Shown here: piece by piece, positions 49,601 through 64,000 of the stretch
Position numbering within the stretch: position 1 is the stretch's first letter
Layout of the letters: each line of letters opens with the position of its first letter
Origin: Anthoceros angustus
Lineage: Eukaryota; Plantae; Anthocerotophyta
Length of the DNA: 64,000 bases
Reading direction: 5' to 3'
Assembly (NCBI GenBank): GCA_010909165.1
Contig: MU008211.1
Span: 186,001 to 250,000, forward strand
Notes under the pieces: generated by a model
Told to the model about the DNA's origin: nothing
Seen by the model: the letters and a program-made list of their open reading frames with translations, nothing else
The model's database searches: none
Made by a program: the position numbers and the translations under genes

Positions 49601-50035
49601 TCCGTGCGCAGTGCATGGCTTACGACCTTCGCCTCCGCTTACTGCGGCCTTACGCGCGTACTCGGCCTTCGCGCGCGGTCGCGGGCGTGAATACTGCCTG
49701 CGGCCCCTGGCAGTCACGGTCTGGCGGTGCCCGACCTCCACTCGGGGCCGTCCACGTGGCGCCGCCTGTCGTCCTCACGGCTCAACTTCTAAGTTACTTC
49801 CACAGCGTACTTATCCTGCTTGGACTGGGGTCGGACTTATCCGTTACCCCGGCGTAGTCCGGTGCACATAGTAGGTCAGTGCGTTGCCCACTCCAGTCCG
49901 GAGTATACTCGGTGCGGTCAGTGCTATCCATGCTTATTCCTCCTTTTCGCCTTATTTTATCCTCGCTCCTCGAAAAATCAAAACCCTACTTATTTCTTAG
50001 CCCCAAGGAAGTCCGTAGTCTACGGCCCTCCTAAG
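43610..50035 (-). mobile_element. Long GC-rich 5' LTR-like region of G3 with a ~1.9 kb tandem duplication (43690-45590 / 45590-47430)
   Basis: TG start beside the PBS. Runs until copia integrase coding begins abruptly at ~50036. The right boundary is inferred and no partner LTR is in the window. Confidence 0.55.
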
Positions 50036-52254
50036 AACCTATCTCATGAATCGATTGCCCTACTAGCGGTTCAAGGTATGACTCCATATGAAGCATTCAT
50101 TGGCAAGAAGCCTTCTATTGACCACCTTGATTTTTGGATCCCCGCATATGTTTTTATTCCCAAAGCATTGCGTAAGTTGGATCCCAAAGCACTAAGTACA
50201 CTTTCATTGGCTACACGAAGGTATCAAAGGTACAAATTGTTCAACCCTTCTACAAGGCAACTTTTATATCGTGTTACTTTTCATGAGTCTTACCTCTTTT
50301 CCCCACGTGGGAGGTGATAGGCTTGGTCCTCCTCTTGATGAGACCATTGACCCTTCTTATTTTGATGATCTTGATTATTTCACTCCATTTCCCATTCCCC
50401 GCTTCGTGTTCCTTTAGTTGAACCTATTATGCGAGGAGGAGGAGGAGTTAGCATCTATTCCACAACCGACGCAACTGATGTTGACATCCCAGAGGCGCCA
50501 TTGACACTCATGATGATGAGTTTGATGACCCTCCGGAGGATGACATTGTGGAGCCAGATCCGTGCTGATCCCGCCTGTGGATGATGCACACACAAAGGTA
50601 CAACCTTAGATCCCGACCTACTATCTCAGTCCTGCAGTTGGAAGGAACCTCCTTTAGGATACCTAGCTGTTTTGATGATCCTATACCCCTATATCACTTT
50701 ATTCTCAAGCTGTCTACAAGGCAACTATAGACCCGGAAGAACCTCTTACCTTAAAACAAGCTTTCTCTTCTCTAAAAAGACTTATGGAAGGTAGTAGATT
50801 CGAATATAATTCCCTAGTTAATAACTCTACATGGAATTGGTCAAACCACCTAGGGGTAGGAAGATAGTAACCAGCAAATGGGTATTCAAAATTAAAAGAA
50901 AAGGAGATGGTTCTATAGAAAGGTATAAGGCACGCCTAGTAGCGAGGTTTTACACAAATTCTGGTCTAGATTACATACCTTGGGCCACTTATGCCCCAAG
51001 AGCCAAATTTGCCACACTTGAATGATATTTGCCTTATGTGCCCAACATGATCTTGAACTCCACATGATGGATGTTAAGAGCATATTTGTATGGGCTGCAA
51101 GAGGAAATATACATGAGACAACCCGAGGGTTACGTCAAAGGCAAAGAAGATTGGGTATGCCGACTCATCAAAGGTTTGTATGGCCTTAAGCAACAAGAAT
51201 TGGAACTTAACCATACATGTACAACTTATTGGGAGAGGATTTAAGCAAAGCCGGTGATGCTTGTATGTACATCCTAATATCCGCAATGATATATTTTATC
51301 TTCTACTTTATGTTGATGATGTTTTATGGCAACAAACTCCCTCACTCTCCTAGCCGAAACTAAAGCATGGCTTAGGACTCTATTTGAGATGTCCGATCTA
51401 GGAGAAATGACATATGCACTTGGTGTTAATATTATACGAAATAGAGGTAATAAGACTCTAAGTATAGTTCAAACCAAGTATATTAAGGAGAGTTTAGCTA
51501 AATTTGGACTTGAGGATGCAAAGCCCGCACCCACACCTTTTGCAAGTGGTGTTAGGCTTACCTCGATATGAGTCCCAAAAGCTGAAGAAAAGCTAGAAAT
51601 GTCAGCTCCATACCGAGTCTGGCACTCTAATATATTTATGCAATTTTACGAGACCGGATATATCTTTTGAAGTCGGCCTGCTCACAATTCTTGGAGAACC
51701 ACAGGCGTGAGCCGGATGTCTGTTAAGCGTATATTCGATACCTTAAAGGCACTATGTACACAGATCGATGTTCAAGCATACACCAGCTATCAACACATTA
51801 ACTCTAACGGCATATGCCGATGCTATGTGACCCCGACACCTAAAATCAGATCGTGGTATGTATTACTCTTGGGAGGAGCACCAATATCTGGTCAAGTAAG
51901 AAACAACCTACTATAGCTTTGTCAAGCATAATCGAGTGTGGTACTAACCTCGGTTCTAAAGACATAGTGTGGTCCAGTTAGTTTTGAGTGAACTTCACCA
52001 TCCTCAACTTAAGCCTACATCTTTGTTTAGTGATAGCGGTGCCATTGCACTTGCACGAAATCTGTTTTCATTCTAGAACTAAACATATAGCTGTTGAGTA
52101 TCACTACATAAGGGAAAAGTTAGAAGATCAAACCATAAATATTAGTTATGTTCAAACTTTAGACAATGCTGATTTATTAACAAAGTCATTGGGAATTGAG
52201 TTACATAGGAAACACATGAAATGTTTGGGTATAATGGACACACCAAACCTTTAA
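50036..52254 (+). mobile_element. Ty1/copia pol remnant (integrase C-terminus, RT, RNase H), frameshifted
   Basis: YLMNRLP, QGMTPYEAFIGKKPSIDHL, RKLDPKA; ELVKPPRGRKIVTSKWVFKIKRKGDGSIERYKARLVA; LLYVDD; FEMSDLGEMTYALGVNI; HSRTKHIAVEYHYIRE. Confidence 0.93.
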
Positions 52255-52599
52255 CCTAATACTCACCCTAGCAGCCTTAGGGCCGATTTAAGATAACCTT
52301 AAAATCTTAGCCCAAAAATTATTGTCTTACTATTTTCTGAACATTTTTCTTCTTCTATCTCAAAATAGCTTAGGTCATCCCCGCCTTCCTCTTCATAGAC
52401 GGCCAACATAGAACCTGGAATATTTATATTAAAAATAAAAATAATATTTAAGCAGTATTTATGTGATTAAAACAATAAATTCCCTTAGCACCAAAGGCAC
52501 CTACGGAAAATATGTTTGATATGTCCTGGAAATTCCTCACATGGGAGACTTGCTATTTTTATCATGTGGATGGTAGTTTCCTCACATATATAGGAGTCC

Positions 52600-55553
52600 G
52601 GACATCCCCTTTTCACTTAAACCTAAGGTGAGTATGTATACTTTATTTTCTGGTCACCTTTTGGTAGAATTCCGCTTATAATAGCCCATGTTTTTGTCTT
52701 TAATACACTTAGGAAACAAAATGTGTTTACACGCATCAAGAAAATTTATGCTAGGTTATTCGATCCTAAAACTCATATAGAAATTAGGATGCTTAAAATC
52801 TTGGATAACCCTTATTTAATATATTGCACCTTTCTTTTCAGCCCTTCCTTGTCATATCCTCCCATGCCGTCTCCACCCATCTCGCCGCAAACGCGCCCAC
52901 ACAAGTGTCGCCTCTTATCCATCAAGGTTAGCATCCTTGTAATCCACTTGTGTCATAGCTTCTTCTTAGAAGCATAAGATGGGCAGCAATCTTTCCTACA
53001 AACACTTTTGGCGGTGGGCATTTTGCGGCGGGAGCATCATTCATTGAGGGGAGGGCACGTCCTCATCACCTAGGCTGCGCTTCCTCCCCTTTGGTGAGCA
53101 CATCCGAATTGCTTCACAAATGAAGACATGGGAAATGAAGACATGGCGAAATGAAGACGCAATCTTACACTTGGACTTGAGCTTTCCTCTTCTTGCTGGA
53201 GCGTCTGAGGATCCTTAGGCATCTCGTTCGCTTCATCCTCCGAGGATGAGGTCGATCAATGACAAATGCGGAGATTTCTTTCGAAAGGTGCAGGAAGGAC
53301 GAGGTCTGGGAGGCAGAGACTCACCAGCAGGACACGATCGATGCATCAGGTAGGGGCGCCTCCTCCTTTTGTTTGGGCGCCACAGCGCCGTGGCGTCCCT
53401 TGCCCGCAAGGACGCCGGCGATTGGCGGGAAGGCGCGCCTACGGCGCGGCCGCTGGCGGGAGAGGGCCCTCGGGACACGGGCGATGGCGCCCACGTGGCG
53501 CCTCCGTGGCGTCCCTTGCTGCAAGGGCCGGACAGTTGGCGGCGGGAAGGCGCGCCCGGCCTCTGGCGGCGCGCGAGAGGGCCAGCGGGGCTCGGGACAC
53601 GGGCGATGGCGCCCGTGGCGCCTCCTCCTGCGGGATTGGGCGCGCCGCGGTAGCCACCCTCCGCCATCGCCATCACCGCACATGTACCAACCACCAAGTT
53701 GTCGGGATCGCGTTCGTGAAGTTTGAGGAAGAAGGGTATTATCCATTATCCTTTTGATTTTCCTTTTCGGAAATTAGGTATTTTCTGGATTTTCCTCTAT
53801 ATATAAATCCCTTTAAATACTTTTAATTAGTTTTAATTCCACCTATTCTGAAGTTGGGTTATTAGTTTCTCATCTCGCCTCCTTAAGTGGGAGTTATTTT
53901 AATAGTGATTATTACTTTCAGTTTTACCTTAAGTTTTACTTTATGCCTTTAAGTAAAGTTTAGTTAGGGACTAGTTTTACTAGACTAGTTTTTCCTAGAC
54001 CTCTTTTGGTCGAAAATCACCCCTAGTTCATAGTGAGTGGGAGTGATAAAATAGCTTACTATTAGGGCACTCTTCACTAGGGCACCTAGGACTTAATAAT
54101 TAATTTAGTCCTTAGGGCTCTAGGTAGTTTCTTTTAGTAGTTATTTAATTGGTTAGTTGTTACAACCACTTATTGGTTACAACTACCTTGCCTACATAAA
54201 GGCATGTACTTTCTATTATGAATGTAATGCAACACATATTGGTTGAGCTTGTGTATGATTCTCATCACTATTGATTCTCATCATCAAAATCACCACCACC
54301 CGACGGCGCGGCTCCTGCTGCTGGCTTTTTGCCTTTGCCAGCACCTGAGGATGAGCCCTTGGCAGGCGCCTCCTTCCCCTTGCCCTTAGCAGCTCGAGGC
54401 ATGGCGTCTTCTTACTTCCCAAGCGCCTTCGAGGAAGAAAATTACTTCCCAATTTCAGGCGTTGGTGACCTCAGAGCTTTACTCCCAAACACTCCTCTTC
54501 CTTGTCACTGGCAACAACACCCAACCCGAGGCACAATTGCACGTTAGTCCTGGCTTGCACTCTCCAGTTGCCAATTTTCCTCGAGATTTCTCCTTCCAGG
54601 GCAAGGCGCCGCCCGATGATTTTAATTTTCCTCGAGATTTCTCCTTCCAGGGCAAGGCGCCGCCAGTGAAGTAGTCGCGGTGCTCCTCCTTGCGCCCTCA
54701 CTTTCACAGTCGCGATGCTATAGGCGCCCCATCCTGGTGCCTCCTGGCCCTCACAGTCTCCTTCAGCAACTCGTAGTGCTTGGAAGGCTCCTCACGCTCC
54801 ACAGCACTCGGTGCCTCCCTCCTTTTCTCCTTTTCCCTCGTCTCCCTCGAGCTCCAGCTAGGGTTTCCTCCTCCTTTTCAGCTCGCACGCACTCTTCTTC
54901 TTCTCGCGATTTGACCGCGGCGATGGCGATTTCCTTCCTCCTTTTCTCCTTTTCCTCCTTACGCTCAGCACCAATTCTTCGCGCGAAGTGGAGATGCTTC
55001 AGCTCGGAGTGAGAGATGGCATTGTCCAAACTGGACTTTCCTCCTCTTGGATGTTTGCTACGTGAAGGTCCCTCAACCCTAGATTGGATTTACCATCCTA
55101 GAATACCTTTCCCTATTTAAGTTGCCTATTCCAGCCCCTAATTAATTACTTCCTAATTGATACATCCCTAATCCTTTTTTATCTAATTCCCTATGGGCAG
55201 GCATATATAGTGAATATGCCTTTATCCTAAATTTTCCTTTTCATTCAAGGTGTCCTCAGCTCGACGGTGATACTCCGTGGTAATGGCCCTCGACTCCTCA
55301 CCCTCTACGTGGGGTGGCGACTATGGTGGTGAGCTGCCGATATCACCCTTTGGGCTACCTACTTGCCCGTAAAGGTCATTTTCTTCTTCCCTAAATATCC
55401 TCCCTACCTTCCTAACAGTATCCTACAACTCCAGCTTCAAAAGAATCGAAAAAGCTTTGGCATGTTTCCTCCAAACCATTTCCAACAAAAAAAATCGGAC
55501 CTGTCCTGAAACCGACTCACTTAGGCTAGTTGCCCAAACTTTTACATTCCACA
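52600..55553 (-). mobile_element. Diverged solo or partial LTR related to the G1 LTR
   Basis: 54300-55553 aligns by eye with 6420-6630 and 8350-9189 (e.g. 'gaggcatggc...aattacttcc...ccttgtcactgg', 'cctaaca.tatcctacaactcc', 'ttgcccaaactttt') and ends CCACA with no PPT after it. Left boundary uncertain. Contains short tandem duplications at ~53385-53630 and 54572-54665. Confidence 0.55.
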
Positions 55554-57963
55554 AACAGCTCGATCTTCACTCAGGGGTTTTTTCAATTTTCCTGACCCTA
55601 TTATTTCAGGAGTTTGCTTGAAACAAAAGTGGAAAATCAGGACCAACCAAATTCAACTTCTCAACTTGCCGGATATTTGATTATGCTTCACAGCACTAAT
55701 CTCTATGCTAGACTCAGAATAGCAGTTAATTTTCATGATAGTCTCTCTATAGATTTGTTAGGTCAGTCCCATGACGGAAATTCGTCCTTAGTAGACTTAA
55801 ATCAAATTCTTCTTCTTCTTCTTCATACTCCAATATCATGATGATTCATAAGGATTATGGAAGTCAATTAATCACTTGGAATAATTACATTGTTTATCAA
55901 GAAAAAAGTAAGTTGCTTATGCATGAAAAAACAAATCAACTAAAATGAAAAGGTATGTCTATTCACCTAAGATAACATACTTAATGACATAAACGCTAAA
56001 CCTGAATATGCTCGACGCACACCCATCTATTCATCATCATTCCATAGGGATTTTTTTCAATTTGAGGATGAAGGAAAATGAGCTCGTTAAGACATATATA
56101 AATAAGATTAGTTTGTGGGACTGTGCTCTTAGGGGTCCAATATTAATTTACTATCGATTTATCAAATAATAATTGAATTTATATCATTTTGTAGAATTTT
56201 GATAAATAATGTTGTACAATACTTTGTAAAAAGGGTTCTTTTACTTGTAGTGTATGCTGTGCACTCATGGCAGTCAGCTTAGTCCAAGCTTAGTGAAAGG
56301 TTTTTGTCTGCATCACATTTATAATTTGCTAGCTCCATGTAAATAAACTGAGAACAACGTCAATCAGCCTGCTCGCTGACACAAGCAACACATTCACCCT
56401 CCGTTGGGCGGAGGGGAATTTGTGAACACGGATTTAGACTCAGAAAAGGGTTTCATTACAGGGCAGCAACCTCCCCTCTTATGCAACTCCTAAGGCTGCA
56501 CCTTTATGACAAACATGGCTGGCAGTGTCAGCTATCCCCTGCCACCTATGAATGTGGTAATTTTGCATGGCTTTTGGTTTGGTGGGAACCTAGCAAGGAG
56601 GGTCTTTGATTATAACTTTTTGTTCTATCAAAGATTGTTTCCGCATATTAAATGCAAGGACTACTTCAGAGACAACAAAGTTATAGATCAAAAAGGGGCT
56701 TGACACACCTTAATGAAAATATGAGAAGGAAAAGTTGTCCGATTTCACAACAGCACGTAGTGTGGTTCAATTACCTTTCTTCAATTAAGATGAGGTAATG
56801 GAGTTTACTCCTCAATCATGAAATCCTTCAAATACATTTGATTGATTTCCTTGCCTTGCTCCTTCATGGTTCTCTTCTCTCAATTTAGCTTATCATCTTT
56901 TGTGCATCTTCTAGTACTTTAAGATAGCACACTTAGCTTAGTGCATGACTTTGAACACATCATTTATGTATTTGGCATATGATGAAAATCCTTCCTTTGT
57001 GGTCTTCTTAGAATTCTTTTCGTAAGCTATGTGAAACACACAACCTACTCATAAGATTCTTTTGATAGTTTACCAATTAAAATCATAAATTCCTGAAAAT
57101 TTTTTATTGTCCATTTAATTCAACTTGATATATAACTAATTTTTTTAAAAGAGTAAAAATTAAAAAAAGAGATTATAATTATACAGAGATAAAAGTTCCA
57201 TCTACACCGGGGCAATAGGGAACAACCCTCTAGAGGGCCCCAGGCCAAGGGGGACTGGGCCCCCCAAATGTCTACTGTAAAGCTACCTACCGCTCCCAAA
57301 GATGTCATAGAATGGAATAGGGAAGGGCCTACTAAACACCGGAGTTGAAGATGCTACGTTCCCGCGTTCGAAGTTGTCCTGAAAAGTGTGTTTGCTAACG
57401 CCCTTTGTAGAGCAATGGATACCCGTTGTCAGAAGAAAGCCACTACACAGGAAAGAGGAAGACCTACCCTGTTCTTGAGGATGTGGTATGCTTTAGCACA
57501 AGCTTTGATAAAGAGTAAAACTCTAATTAAGATATTAAAAAAAGGATGCGATAACCTATATGCAAAACTGGGAAATTTGCCAGTACGACTGTGAGCTTTT
57601 TTTTTTTATGTGGTAAAAAAAATCAGATTAGAGAGCCTCAAACTTGTTTGAGCTCAAAGTTCAAGGTGAGCAATGCAAACAATAATCTACCATGCCCAAC
57701 ACAAGAAACTTTAAAAACTCAAGATGGACTGAAATTCAAATTCATATTCTTCCTCATCCAAAACCCTTTGTAACGTGATCTAGACAAACTAAGCAAAGAA
57801 AGAGAAATGTGTTCCCGACTCACATAAAAATGCGTTGCTAGAAAGGTTATATATAAGAGCTTATTAGAAATTCAATCCTATAAGAAATGAATAAGTAATA
57901 ACATAGTTAGTTGTAATAATCACATGCTTACTTACCTCAATACATAAGATAGCTCAACTTAAA

Positions 57964-63400
<5,437 letters not shown>

Positions 63401-63630
63401 GAAAATTCATAAATATTTAAATTTAAATAAATCAAAATATCAACAAGATCCTTGTATGTCTCTTGCATAATGAAATTACCTTGTAATTTTTAAATATATT
63501 ACTTAGTATTGGTAAGTATATGCTTATTGTAATATCATAAAATGCTTGTTTTATGAAAGGCTATAAACCATAAACGAGTGATTTGACACCACCTTTGAAA
63601 GTGATACCAAAGCCTTGTGCGGTTTATCAG

Positions 63631-64000
63631 AAAACAAAATTAGCAAATAATTAAGGCATGAGCCTAGAGATACAAATAAACCCAATTCCCTCAAGAGTAC
63701 AAGGACAAAATAAAAAATGATGGTGACCTGAGGAAGATTTACTAAAAAGATAGGAATTGTTATACTCTCATTCCATCTTGGATTTATACAACTGAATGTG
63801 AAACTAGTCGAATGCTCAAAACTTGGGATAAGTCTTTCAGCTCCATGATATCTTGGTTGAAAAATTAAGATAAATGACTCTTCCTATGTAAATACTTGAT
63901 TCTTCCTATGGTGATGATATATCAGCTCAAATTTTACTATGACTATCTAGGATACAAAACAACCACTATGTTGAAGAAAGATGGTACTTCTTCATCTAAA
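63631..64000. repeat. Near-exact direct duplicate of 62043-62410 (includes a PI3K C2-domain exon); runs off the window
   Basis: 'aaaacaaaattagcaaataattaaggcatgagcc...ggtacttcttcatctaaa' is present at both loci, offset ~1.59 kb. Confidence 0.9.

Noticed and set aside
54033-55417. PPT-like 'gagtgggag' + TGATAAAA...CCTAACA as the 3' LTR of the copia at 50-52 kb
   Set aside because: Homology to the gypsy G1 LTR continues past 55417 to CCACA at 55553, so the segment is better explained as a gypsy-family LTR.
57214-57300. GC-rich quasi-palindrome downstream of PI3K as a MITE
   Set aside because: No clear terminal inverted repeats or TSD could be defined by eye.

Overview
Eukaryotic nuclear DNA, most likely from a hornwort or another seed-free plant. 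The lineage is inferred from a PLS-class PPR gene ending in a KP-box/HAEK/GRP deaminase domain. Roughly 1-34.7 kb and 42-55.5 kb are nested, decayed LTR retrotransposons: three minus-strand Ty3/gypsy elements with tRNA-Asp-type primer sites and very long LTRs, plus two Ty1/copia remnants. A 3' fragment of an RLE-type (CRE-like) non-LTR element follows at 34.7 kb. Many 0.7-1.9 kb tandem duplications and dense indels suggest a noisy long-read consensus. There are three host loci: (1) a DEAH13/DHX37-like helicase pseudogene (35.3-38.1 kb, +); (2) an intronless 970-aa PPR protein (38225-41137, -) combining an N-terminal OSB-type PDF ssDNA-binding motif with a PLS array and a DYW:KP (GRP) domain, the class linked to U-to-C RNA editing; (3) an intron-rich class I-like (p110-type) PI3-kinase gene (58-63.4 kb, -), unexpected because model land plants carry only class III VPS34. 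The best leads are the PDF-PPR-DYW:KP fusion, the class I-like PI3K, and a possible bipartite tRNA-Asp primer-binding arrangement in two gypsy families. All identifications are by eye; no searches were run.
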